Shown here: positions 25,203 to 39,676 of the stretch, piece after piece
Layout: each line of letters begins with the position of its first letter
Position numbering within the stretch: position 1 is the stretch's first letter
Assembly (NCBI GenBank): GCA_964016885.1
Contig: OZ024762.1
Coordinates: 868,001-932,000 of the forward strand
Reading direction: 5' to 3'
DNA from: Eledone cirrhosa
Lineage: Eukaryota
Length of the DNA stretch: 64,000 nucleotides
Notes under the pieces: generated by a model
Told to the model about the DNA's origin: nothing
Seen by the model: the letters and a program-made list of their open reading frames with translations, nothing else
Databases searched by the model: none
Program-made: the position numbers and the translations under genes

Positions 25203-26392
25203 GTAGAGTTCTATTTTAATACATTGCTACCATATACACACCTAACCTTCTCCATTATATACACTCACTCCTGTAAACAGTGTAGAGTTCTATTTTAATA
25301 CATTGCTACCATATACACACCTAACCTTCTCCATTATATACACTCACTCCTGTAAACAGTGTAGAGTTCTATTTTAATACATTGCTACCATATACACACC
25401 TAACCTTCTCCATTATATACACTCTCTCCTGTAAACAGTGTAGAGTTCTATTTTAATACATTGCTACCATATACACACCTAACCTTCTCCATTATATACA
25501 CTCTCTCCTGTAAACAGTGTAGAGTTCTATTTTAATACATTGCTACCATATACACACCTAACCTTCTCCATTATATACACTCACTCCTGTAAACAGTGTA
25601 GAGTTCTATTTTAATACGTTGCTACCATATACACACATAACCTTCTCCATTATATACACTCACTCCTGTAAACAGTGTAGAGTTCTATTTTAATACATTG
25701 CTACCATATACACACCTAACCTTCTCCATTATATACACTCACTCCTGTAAACAGTGTAGAGTTCTATTTTAATACATTGCTACCATATACACACCTAACC
25801 TTCTCCATTATATACACTCTCTCCTGTAAACAGTGTAGAGTTCTATTTTAATACATTGCTACCATATACACACCTAACCTTCTCCATTATATACACTCTC
25901 TCCTGTAAACAGTGTAGAGTTCTATTTTAATACATTGCTACCATATACACACCTAACCTTCTCCATTATATACACTCACTCCTGTAAACAGTGTAGAGTT
26001 CTATTTTAATACGTTGCTACCATATACACACCTAACCTTCTCCATTATATACACTCACTCCTGTAAACAGTGTAGAGGTCTATTTTAATACATTGCTACC
26101 ATATACACACCTAACCTTCTCCATTATATACACTCACTCCTGTAAACAGTGTAGAGTTCTATTTTAATACATTGCTACCATATACACATCTAACCTTCTC
26201 CATTATATACACTCACTCCTGTAAACAGTGTAGAGTTCTATTTTAATACGTTGCTACCATATACACACCTAACCTTCTCCATTATATACACTCACTCCTG
26301 TAAACAATGTAGAGTTCTATTTTAATACATTGCTACCATATACACACCTAACCTTCTCCATTATATACACTCACTCCTGTTAACAATGTAGA
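25203..26392. repeat. 79-bp tandem array (~15 copies; mirror ~6 copies at 33117-33594)
   Basis: Unit GTAGAGTTCTATTTTAATACATTGCTACCATATACACACCTAACCTTCTCCATTATATACACTCACTCCTGTAAACAGT. Confidence 0.97.
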
Positions 26393-26574
26393 TATTAAGA
26401 CATAAAACCCAGTAATGTCTCCTATGTACACAAGTCTCTCTAGGATATACAGACATGTTTTAACTCCATTTCTGATATTCAGACACTACACTATACACTC
26501 TCTCTCTATAAAGTAGACATTGTAATGTTTTAACCTTTCTTCTCAGATATTTGAGACATAAAACTGAACTTATC

Positions 26575-26781
26575 TATATTTACCTACAATATAACCCACC
26601 TCTATATATATCTACCTACAGTATAACCCACCTCTGTATATATCTACCTACAATATAACCCACCTCTATATATATATCTACCTACAATATAACCCACCTC
26701 TATATATATATCTACCTACAATATAACCCACCTCTATATATATATCTACCTACAATATAACCCACCTCTATATATATATCT
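26575..26781. repeat. ~33-37-bp minisatellite
   Basis: Unit TCTACCTACAATATAACCCACCTC(TA)n. Confidence 0.9.
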
Positions 26782-26891
26782 AATTACCTTTTCTATTGTG
26801 TTTATGTTGAGTTTGATACCCATCTCTAGAGGTGTATAAGAAACTATATAATAGAGACACATAAATATTGCTAGGTACTGTAAATACCTGT

Positions 26892-27200
26892 TCCTTACAC
26901 CAGGAGACTGTATTGTATACACACAAACAGTATATATCAATATAAGTGTATATATACATACAGACCTACATTTAATAATATAAATATAGCTGTAAGTTAA
27001 GAGACAGTATATATATATCAATATAACTTTATATATAGTGTTGTCTTAATGGAATAAAAGGAAGCAGGTGTTTCTATATATATATATAGCTGTATGTCTG
27101 TCATTGTTTTTATATTCATTAACATCTCGTTTGTTTCTTTCCAGGTATGTTGAAGATCTACGTCAGGCCACCACAGTGTGTATATATATATACACAGATT
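26892..27200 (+). repeat. Direct duplicate of window positions 1-335
   Basis: Near-identical from TCCTTACACCAGGAG to CACAGATT, apart from (TA)n length. Confidence 0.95.
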
Positions 27201-27889
27201 GAAGAAATAAAAAAACTCCAACAACAAAATGTACTTTATTGCCTTTTATTTCACAGAAGAGGTTGTAGCTACATGTACTTGGTCCTGTATAGAGAAGAAA
27301 GTGTATACATATTCTATACATCTTTATTATATAAGTGTATAACATATATTTACTGTACTTGTTATATTTAGAAAGTATATATATTAGTGTTTCTATATTC
27401 TTTGGAATACACTTCTCTTTGTCTCACTGTATATATAGAAACATTCTATATACACATCATACCTTTTTATCTCTAAATGTATCTAGACAGTTCATAGGAG
27501 GAAGTTAATTATATACACAGTGAAGAATATTTATATAAAGATGTAGCTTTCTGTGTATATATACTTAGTAGTATGTATTAATATATACAGTTATTGCAGC
27601 CTCGACAGTAAGTGTGTGTGTATATATTAATGAATCTAGATACAATTAGTATTATATATACCTCTACAGAGGATTATATACATTTCTATATATAGGATGT
27701 ATTCAACTTACTTTTAGAAACATTCAGTCTGTGTGTATATGTATACACAGCTATATATGTATGTCTAGTGAGATAGAATATATATACAGTAGCTAGTGGA
27801 TAACTTTATATACAGTATCCAAGGAGTTTCTATCTTCAGATTATATAGAGTTATGTCAAGAGAAGGTATATAATAGTTTAATTTCTAGA

Positions 27890-30750
27890 TATACACATGT
27901 ATGTATATATATATACATATGTATATATATATACATACGTATGTATATATATACATACGTATGCACATATATATACATACGTACGTATGCATATATATAC
28001 ATACGTATGTATATATATACATACGTATGTATATATATATACATACGTATGTATATATATACATACGTATGTATATATACATACGTATGTATATATACAT
28101 ACGTATGTATATATACATACATATGTATATATATACATATGTATATATATACATATGTATATATATACATACGTATGTAGATGTATACATACGTATGTTT
28201 GCATACATACGTATGTATATATATACATACGTATGTATATATATACATACGTATGTATATATACATACGTATGTATACATATACATACGTATGTATATGT
28301 ATACATACGTATGTATATGTATACATACGTATGTATATGTATACATACGTATGTATATACATACGTATGTATATATATACATACGTATGTATATATACAT
28401 GCGTATGTATACATACATACGTATGTATGTATATATACATATGTGTATGTATACATACGTATGTATATATATACATACGTATGTATACATACACATATGT
28501 ATGTATACATACATACGTATGTATACATATACATACGTATGTATATATACATACATATGTATATATACATACGTATGTATATATACATACATATGTATAC
28601 ATACATGCGTATGCATACGTATGTATATATGCATACGCATGTATGTATGCATATGTATGTATACATACGTATGTATGTATACATACGTATGTATATATAT
28701 ACATACGTATGTATACATATACATACGTATGTATATATATACATACGTATGTATGTGTATACATACGTATGTATGTGTATACATACGTATGTATATATAT
28801 ACATACGTATGTATGTATACATACATATGTGTATGTATACATACGTATGTATATATATACATACGTATGTATATGTATACATACGTATGTATGTGTATAC
28901 ATACGTGTGTATATGTATACATACGTATGTATGTGTATACATACATATGTATGTATATATACATACGTATGTATATATACATACGTATGTATATATACAT
29001 ACGTATGTATGTATACATACGTATGTATGTATACATACATATGTGTATGTATACATACGTATGTATATGTATACATACGTATGTATGTGTATACATACAT
29101 GCGTATGCATATATACATACGTATGTATATATATATACATACGTATGTATGTATACATACGTATGTATACATACGTATGTATACATACATGCGTATGCAT
29201 ATATACATACGTATGTATATATATATACATACGTATATATATACATACGTATGTATATATGCATACGCATGTATGTATACATATGTATGTATACATACGT
29301 ATGTATGTATATATATACATACGTATGTATGTATATATATACATACGTATGTATACATACATGTGTATGTATACATACGTATGTATATATATACATACAT
29401 ACGTATGTATACATACGTATGTATATATATACATACATACGTATGTATACATACATATGTATACATACATGCGTATGCATATATACATACGTATGTATAT
29501 ATACATACGTATGTATATATACATACGTATGTATATATACATACGTATGTATATACATACGTATGTATGTATACATACATATGTGTATGTATACATACGT
29601 ATGTATACATATACGTATGTATATATATACATACGTATATATATATACATACGTATATATATATACATACATATGTATATATACATGCGTATGTATATAT
29701 ACATGCGTATGTATGTATACATATGTATGTATATATACATACGTATGTATATATACATACGTATGTATATATATATACATACGCATGTATAGATATATAC
29801 ATACGTATGTATATATACATACGCATGTATAGATACGTATGTATATATACATATGTATGTATATATACATACGTATGTATATATACATACGTATGTATAT
29901 ATACATACGTATGTATGTATACATACATATGTATGTATACATACGTATGTATGCATACGTATGTATACATACGTACGTATGTATACATACGTACGTATAT
30001 ATATGCATATGTATGTATACATACATATATATACATACATATGTATGCATATATACATATGTATGTATATATACATACGTATGTATATATACATACGTAT
30101 GTATATATATACATACGTATGTATGTATACATACATACGTATGCTTATACATACATGTATATATATATACATACGTATATATATATACATATGTATGTAT
30201 AGATATATACGTATGTATACATACATATGTATGTATACATACGTATGTATATATATACATACGTATATACGTATACATACGTATGTATACATATATACGT
30301 ATGTATATATGTATACATACATACGTATGTATACATGCGTATGTATGTATACATACATACGTATGTGTATATCAATATGTATGTATATATATACATACAT
30401 ATGTATGTGTATATATATGTATGCTTATATACATACGTATGTATATATATATACATACATATGTATATATATACATACATATGTATCTACATACATATGT
30501 ATGTATATATATATACATACATATGTATATACATATGTATCTATATACATATGTATGTATATATATATACATACATATGTATGTATATACATATGTATAT
30601 ATATACATATGTATGTATACATACATATGTATGTATATATACATACGTATGAATATATACATACGTATGTATATATACACACATATGTATATATAAATAC
30701 ATACGTGTATATATATATACATATGTATGTATATATATATACACATATAT
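27890..30750. repeat. 2.9-kb alternating purine-pyrimidine compound microsatellite
   Basis: Built from the palindrome TACATACGTATGTA plus TA/CA/TG dinucleotides. Confidence 0.97.
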
Positions 30751-32192
30751 ATTACTGTATATATATATATATATATAGAAGATATAATAGTAAAGTAACA
30801 ACTCTAGATTACTGTATATATATATATATATATATATATAGAAGATATAATAATAAAGTAACAACTCTAGATTACTGTATATATAGAGAAGATATAATAA
30901 TAAAGTAACACCTCTAGATTACTGTATATATATATTATAGAAGATATAATAATATAGTAACACCTCTAGATTACTGTATATATATATTATAGAAGATATA
31001 ATAATATAGTAACACCTCTAGATTACTGTATATATATATTATAGAAGATATAATAATATAGTAACACCTCTAGATTACTGTATATATATATTATAGAAGA
31101 TATAATAATATAGTAACACCTCTAGATTACTGTATATATATATATAGAAGATATAATAATATAGTAACACCTCTAGATTACTGTATATATATAGAAGATA
31201 TAATAATATAGTAACACCTCTAGATTACTGTATATATATATTATAGAAGATATAATAATATAGTAACACCTCTAGATTACTGTATATATATATTATAGAA
31301 GATATAATAATATAGTAACACCTCTAGATTACTGTATATATATATATATAGAAGATATAATAATAAAGTAACACCTCTAGATTACTGTATATATATAGAA
31401 GAAATAATAATAAAGTAACACCTCTAGATTACTGTATATATATATATATATAGAAGAAATAATAATAAAGTAACACCTCTAGATTACTGTATATATATAT
31501 ATAGAAGAAATAATAATAAAGTAACACCTCTAGATTACTGTATATATATAGAAGAAATAATAATAAAGTAACAACTCTAGATTACTGTGTATATATATAT
31601 AGAAGAAATAATAGTAAAGTAACAACTCTAGATTACTGTGTATATATATATAGAAGAAATAATAATAAAGTAACACCTCTAGATTACTGTATATATATAT
31701 AGAAGAAATAATAATAAAGTAACACCTCTAGATTACTGTATATATATATAGAAGAAATAATAATAAAGTAACACCTCTAGATTACTGTATATATATATAT
31801 ATATAGAAGATATAATAATATAGTAACACCTCTAGATTACTGTATATATATATAGAAGAAATAATAATAAAGTAACAACTCTAGATTACTGTATATATAT
31901 AGAAGATATAATAGTAAAGTAACACCTCTAGATTACTGTATATATATATATATAGAAGAAATAATAATAAAGTAACACCTCTAGATTACTGTATATATAT
32001 ATATAGAAGAAATAATAATAAAGTAACACCTCTAGATTACTGTATATATATATATATATAGAAGATATAATAATATAGTAACACCTCTAGATTACTGTAT
32101 ATATATATAGAAGAAATAATAATAAAGTAACACCTCTAGATTACTGTATATATATATAGAAGATATAATAATATAGTAACACCTCTAGATTA

Positions 32193-32226
<34 letters not shown>

Positions 32227-32262
32227 TATATAGTTATGTATATATATATATATAGAAGAAAT
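30751..32262. repeat. ~45-50-bp minisatellite with variable (TA)n
   Basis: Unit GAAGAWATAATAATAWAGTAACACCTCTAGATTACTG(TA)n. Confidence 0.95.
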
Positions 32263-32959
32263 AATAATAATAAAGCAACAACGCAAAAGTTTTGTTTATT
32301 CTTTAATTTGGCAATTATTTACCTGTCTTCCTGGATGGAGGTAGCAGCTTGTTGGTAATAGGAGACAGGTGAGGTTTATATGTGGAGAAGAGTGTTTACT
32401 TACAAGAGGTGTAAGGTATATATTGTCAGGAAAGGGTGTGTATATAGAAGTAAACTCCAGCTAATTTCTTGGGAAGTATGTAGAGTGTCTGGTAAACGTT
32501 GTGTGTATAACTAGACATGGCAGAGCAATAGTAAAGATGCTCTAGAATGACCACAGCAGTTTGAAGCTGGATTGAGTTCCCATTATGGAATAAAAAGGGG
32601 GCAGTTAGTAAGTAGGAGAGATAGGGCCCTTAATATATAATAGGATAATAAACATGGTTGACACGAAAGGGTTTCTTTACGTGCGATTGTAGGAGAGAAG
32701 CTACCATGTTGGATGTTAAAGAAATATATATGTCTAGTGACGTTTGTGTAGATCTCTAAAGTTATTCCTACTTACAGAGGATAGTAAAATGTAGTCTGGT
32801 ATGTCTCAAGAATATCAACGAGTGTTTGAAAGACATGTATATCTCTAACAGGGAGAGGTTTCTTCCAAAATATAGTAAAATGTAGTCTGGTATGTGAAAG
32901 ACATTGTTTACAAGAATGAATGGGGATCTCTAACAAACGAAAGACAGTAAAATGTAGCT

Positions 32960-35053
32960 TTGTCTCAAATATCTGAGAAGAAAGGCATTTAGAATGAATT
33001 TCTAATAAAAAAAACATTACATTGTCTACTTTATAGAGAGAGTGTCTAGTGTAGTGTCTCAATATCCTAGAGAGACTTGTACATAGGAGACATTACTGGC
33101 TTTTATGTCTCAATATCTACACTGTTTACAGGAGAGAGTGTATATAATGGAGAAGGTTAGGTGTGTATATGGTAGCAATGTATTAAAATAGAACTCTACA
33201 CTGTTTACAGGAGTGAGTGTATATAATGGAGAAGGTTATGTGTGTATATGGTAGCAATGTATTAAAATAGAACTCTACACTGTTTACAGGAGTGAGTGTA
33301 TATAATGGAGAAGGTTAGGTGTGTATATGGTAGCAATGTATTAAAATAGAACTCTACACTGTTTACAGGAGTGAGTGTATATAATGGAGAAGGTTATGTG
33401 TGTATATGGTAGCAATGTATTAAAATAGAACTCTACACTGTTTACAGGAGTGAGTGTATATAATGGAGAAGGTTAGGTGTGTATATGGTAGCAATGTATT
33501 AAAATAGAACTCTACACTGTTTACAGGAGTGAGTGTATATAATGGAGAAGGTTAGGTGTGTATATGGTAGCAATGTATTAAAATAGAACTCTACAAACCT
33601 CTCAACACGAAAGTAAGATCCAAACCAATGTCAGTAATAGTCCCAGAGTAAATAAAACGATGTTACTTCTTCAATACATTGAAAAAAAATGACAACAACG
33701 GAAGTAGATTTCCACAAACCGGAAGTAGCTCAATATCAACAAAGGGCAAATAATTCAATTCAGGGGAGATAACTCATCGAATTTTTTGGCAAAAACTCAT
33801 GCGAGGCGGGAGAGCAGGCCAGCATAAAGCCAGCCTGCAACGGTCCCGGCCGACCCCGCAACGATTCGAACTTCAGACACGATCGAGTGGTCAGCCATAC
33901 CGAAGTACGACAGCGAAGCCAGAAACGCTACGTGCAGCGCCACGCACAAGCCGCAATTCTACAGAGTCAAATAGTCATACTTATAGCTAACATTTTCTTT
34001 CTTTTTTAAAAAAAAAAGAAACGGAAAGAAAGCGAGATAACAGGACATATTCCGAGTGTTATCTCGCTTTCTTTCCGTTTCTATATATATAAATATAACG
34101 TGGTATCTACTAGTATTTTGTACATATATAACAGGGTATATAGCCATTGAGGAACTACTAGTATTTTGTACATATATAACAGGGTATATAGCCATTGAGG
34201 AACTACTAGTATTTTGTACATATATAACAGGGTATATAGCCATTGAGGAACTACTAGTATTTTGTACATATATAACAGGGTATATAGCCATTGAGGAACT
34301 ACTAGTATTTTGTACATATATAACAGGGTATATAGCCATTGAGGAACTACTAGTATTTTGTACATATATAACAGGGTATATAGCCATTGAAGAACTACTA
34401 GTATTTTGTACATATATAACAGGGTATATAGCCATTGAGGAACTACTAGTATTTTGTACATATATAACAGGGTATTTAGCCATTGAGGAACTACTAGTAT
34501 TTTGTACATATATAACAGGGTATATAGCCATTGAAGAACTACTAGTATTTTGTACATATATAACAGGGTATATAGCCATTGAGGAACTGCTAGTATTTTG
34601 TACATATATAACAAGGTATATAGCCATTGAGGAACTGCTTGTATTTTGTACAAATACAAGATATACTCAATAGAAGGGGGTCGACTGGGGTCATCCTAAG
34701 ACAGCGATCTCAAAGTATCATCGTGGGTAGAGCCGACCAGGTCCACCGGAGATCTTCCCTGATGTTATCCAGCCGTGTGGGGTCTGCGTCGAACGAAAGT
34801 AAGGCACAGGTATCTGGCAAAGAACATGTCCGTACCAGCACATGAGTTGGGAAGCTATAAGCTGATGCACATGCAGCACCTTGTTATTGAAGCTGTCAAT
34901 CCTCTTTGTGAGGGGCCACGTTTCTGCTCAATATAGGAGAATGGAGAGGACTGATGCCTCTATTCAGAACAATTAATATATAGGTAAATATACTTACTTC
35001 AAGATGGTAACATAGCCTTAGATAGATCTGTATATGGAATCAACATATAAATA
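32960..35053 (-). repeat. Right arm of large inverted duplication
   Basis: Mirror of 23473-26558 with indels and different array copy numbers. Confidence 0.92.
33791..33954 (-). ncRNA. Candidate structured Pol III small RNA, copy 2
   Basis: Reverse complement of 24840-24995, identical by eye, ending in T5. Confidence 0.5.
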
Positions 35054-35481
35054 GTGATTAGTATCGATTTTGGTAATCTTAAGATCATGATTCCAATCAT
35101 TGATAGATGTATTGATTAAACCTAATTTAGTATATATATAAGTTAAAGTCTGTTCTCAGCATATCACCAGTTTCCTTGGAGTTAAGTGTCTGAGAGTACA
35201 AGACTCTCTCTGGACAAGATGCCAGTCTATCACAGAATTAACTCCCCACCTACTGCTGGTACTCACTCTCAGCTGGGTATACTGGAGCAAGGCAGAGAAT
35301 GTGTAATGTTATTTATGTATATAATTTAATATTTAGAAGGAAACACCAACATTCTAGGTTGTTGTGTGTGTCTACTCACGTTTTATTCTTTTGGGGGCCT
35401 TTCCTGATTGAAAATCTTTTATTCACATTTGTATAAAAAAATATAATATAATGGTTACAGAAGGAAAACACATAATATATA

Positions 35482-38400
35482 CAAAGCAGGTAATACACAC
35501 ACCTGGGACCACATACAACTCAACCAGGACCACATACAACACACAAGCAGGTAATATATACATCTAGAACCCCATACAACACACAAGCAGGTAATACACA
35601 CATCTAGGACCACATACAACACACAAGCAGGTAATACACACGTCTAGGACCACATACAACACACAAGCAGGTAATACACACGTCTAGGACCACATACAAC
35701 ACACAAGCAGGTAATACACACGCCTAGGACCACATACAACACACAAGCAGGTAATACACACATCTAGGACCACATACAACACACCAGCAGGTAATACACA
35801 CATCTAGGACCCATACAGCACACAAGCAGGTAATACACACGTCTAGGACCACATACAACACACAAGCAGGTAATACACACATCTAGGACCACATACAACA
35901 CACAAGCAGGTAATACACGTCTAGGACCACATACAACACACACATCTAGGACTACATACAACACACAAGCAGGTAATACACACATCTAGGACTACATACA
36001 ACACACAAGCAGGTAATACACACGTCTAGGACCACATACAACACACAAGCAGGTAATACACGTCTAGGACCACATACAACACACAAGCAGGTAATACACA
36101 CATCTAGGACCACATACAACACACAAGCGGGTAATACACGTCTAGGACCACATACAACACACAAGCAGGTAATACACACGTCTAGGACCACATACAACAC
36201 ACAAGCAGGTAATACACACATCTAGGACCACATACAACACACAAGCGGGTAATACACGTCTAGGACCACATACAACACACAAGCAGGTAATACACGTCTA
36301 GGACCACATACAACACACAAGCAGGTAATACACACATCTAGGACCACATACAACACACAAGCGGGTAATACACGTCTAGGACCACATACAACACACAAGC
36401 AGGTAATACACGTCTAGGACCACATACAACACACAAGCAGGTAATACACACGTCTAGGACCACATACAACACATAAGTAGGTAATACACACATCTAGGAC
36501 CACATACAACACACAAGCAGGTAATACACACGTCTAGGACCACATGCAACACACAAGCAGGTAATACACACATCTAGGACCCATACAGCACACAAGCAGG
36601 TAATACACACATCTAGGACCACATACAACACACAAGCAGGTAATACACACATCTAGGACCACATACAACACATAATCAGGTAATACACACATCTAGGACC
36701 ACATACAACACACAAGCAGGTAATACACACATCTAGGACTACATACAGCACACAAGCAGGTAATACACACGTCTAGGACCACATACAACACACAAGCAGG
36801 TAATACACACGTCTAGGACCACATGCAACACACAAGCAGGTAATACACACATCTAGGACCACATACAACACACAAGCAGGTAATACACACATCTAGGACC
36901 CATACAGCACACAAGCAGGTAATACACACATCTAGGACTACATACAGCACACAAGCAGGTAATACACACATCTAGGACCCATACAGCACACAAGCAGGTA
37001 ATACACACATCTAGGACCACATACAACACACCAGCAGGTAATACACACGTCTAGGACCACATACAACACATAAGTAGGTAATACACACATCTAGGACCAC
37101 ATACAACTCACAAGCAGGTAATATACACGTCTAGGACCACATACAACTCACAAGCAGGTAATACACACGTCTAGGACCACATACAACACACAAGCAGGTA
37201 ATACACACATCTAGGACCACATACAACACACAAGCAGGTAATATACACGTCTAGGACCGCATACAACATACAAGTAGGTAATACACACATCTAGGACCAC
37301 ATACAACACACAAGCAGGTAATACACACATCTAGGACCACATACAGCACACAAGCAGGTAATACACACGTCTAGGACCACATACAACACACAAGCAGGTA
37401 ATATACACGTCTAGGACCGCATACAACATACAAGTAGGTAATACACACATCTAGGACCACATACAACACACAAGCAGGTAATACACACATCTAGGACCAC
37501 ATACAGCACACAAGCAGGTAATACACACGTCTAGGACCACATACAACACACAAGCAGGTAATATACACGTCTAGGACCGCATACAACACACAAGCAGGTA
37601 ATATACACGTCTAGGACCGCATACAACACACAAGCAGGTAATACACACATCTAGGACCACATACAACTCACAAGCAGGTAATACACACGTCTAGGACCAC
37701 ATACAACACACAAGCAGGTAATACACACGTCTAGGACCACATACAACACACAAGCAGGTAATATACACGTCTAGGACCACATACAACACACAAGCAGGTA
37801 ATATACACGTCTAGGACCACATACAACACACAAGCAGGTAATACACACGTCTAGGACCACATACAACACACACATCTAGGACTACATACAACACACAAGC
37901 AGGTAATATACACGTCTAGGACCACATACAACACACAAGCAGGTAATATACACGTCTAGGACCACATACAACACACAAGCAGGTAATACACACGTCTAGG
38001 ACCACATACAGCACACAAGCAGGTAATATACACGTCTAGGACCGCATACAACACACAAGCAGGTAATATACACGTCTAGGACCGCATACAACACACAAGC
38101 AGGTAATACACACATCTAGGACCACATACAACTCACAAGCAGGTAATACACACGTCTAGGACCACATACAACACACAAGCAGGTAATACACACGTCTAGG
38201 ACCACATACAACACACAAGCAGGTAATATACACGTCTAGGACCACATACAACACACAAGCAGGTAATACACACATCTAGGACCACATACAACACACAAGC
38301 AGGTAATATACACGTCTAGGACCACATACAACACACAAGCAGGTAATATACACGTCTAGGACCGCATACAACACACAAGCAGGTAATACACACATCTAGG

Positions 38401-39532
38401 ACCACATACAACTCACAAGCAGGTAATACACACGTCTAGGACCACATACAACACACAAGCAGGTAATACACACGTCTAGGACCACATACAACACACAAGC
38501 AGGTAATACACACGTCTAGGACCACATACAACACACAAGCAGGTAATACACACGTCTAGGACCACATACAACACACAAGCAGGTAATACACACATCTAGG
38601 ACCACATACAACACACAAGCAGGTAATATATACATCTAGAACCCCATACAACTCACAAGCAGGTAATACACACATCTAGGACCACATACAACACACAAGC
38701 AGGTAATACACACATCTAGGACCACATACAACACACAAGCAGGTAATACACACGTCTAGGACCACATACAACACACAAGCAGGTAATATACAACTTCTAG
38801 GACCACATACAACACACAAGCAGGTAATACACACATCTAGGACCACATACAACACACAAGCAGGTAATACACACATCTAGGACCACATACAGCACACAAG
38901 CAGGTAATACACACGTCTAGGACCACATACAACACATAAGTAGGTAATACACACATCTAGGACCACATACAACACACAAGCAGGTAATACACACGTCTAG
39001 GACCACATACAACACACAAGCAGGTAATACACGCGTCTAGGACCACATACAACACACAAGCAGGTAATATATACATCTAGAACCCCATACAACTCACAAG
39101 CAGGTAATACACACATCTAGGACCACATACAACACACAAGCAGGTAATACACACATCTAGGACCACATACAGCACACAAGCAGGTAATACACACGTCTAG
39201 GACCACATACAACACATAAGCAGGTAATACACACATCTAGGACCCATACAGCACACAAGCAGGTAATACACACATCTAGGACCACATACAGCACACAAGC
39301 AGGTAATACACACATCTAGAACCACATACAACACACAAGCAGGTAATACACACGTCTAGGACCACATACAACACACAAGCAGGTAATATATACATCTAGA
39401 ACCCCATACAACTCACAAGCAGGTAATACACACGTCTAGGACCACATACAACACATAAGTAGGTAATACATACATCTAGGACCACATACAACACACCAGC
39501 AGGTAATACATACATCTAGGACCACATACAAC
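35482..39532. repeat. 40-bp satellite array, ~100 copies
   Basis: Unit CAAGCAGGTAATACACACRTCTAGGACCACATACAACACA. Confidence 0.98.
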
Positions 39533-39676
39533 AAAAGGGGTGGTCAAACAAACTGCATTTCTTAACTTAATTTCTATCGATTTTTTTTTATTCATTTATA
39601 AATTCTATTTATAAAAAAATTAATTATGTACGTTGAAATATCCGATATGATATAGAAAATAAAGTTTAGTTTATAC

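Larger units (their letters stand above)
23473..26558 (+). repeat. Left arm of large inverted duplication
   Basis: Reverse-complement homology to 32960-35053 over a LINE fragment, the 48-bp array, a hairpin, the GC-rich element, the 79-bp array and unique flanks. Confidence 0.92.

Noticed and set aside
25203-26392. Telomere-like CCTAACC in the 79-bp unit
   Set aside because: A single partial motif per unit, with no tandem TTAGGG.
27856-30908. 600-840-aa ORFs on both strands (YIHTYVC repeats)
   Set aside because: Stop-free translation of an alternating purine-pyrimidine microsatellite. The same applies to 61251-62129.
32280-32960. Possible decayed coding sequence in the inverted-repeat spacer
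   Set aside because: No sustained frame or recognisable motif by eye; it needs a translated search.
35482-39532. CRISPR-like array
   Set aside because: Head-to-tail units with no unique spacers, no cas genes, and a eukaryotic context.
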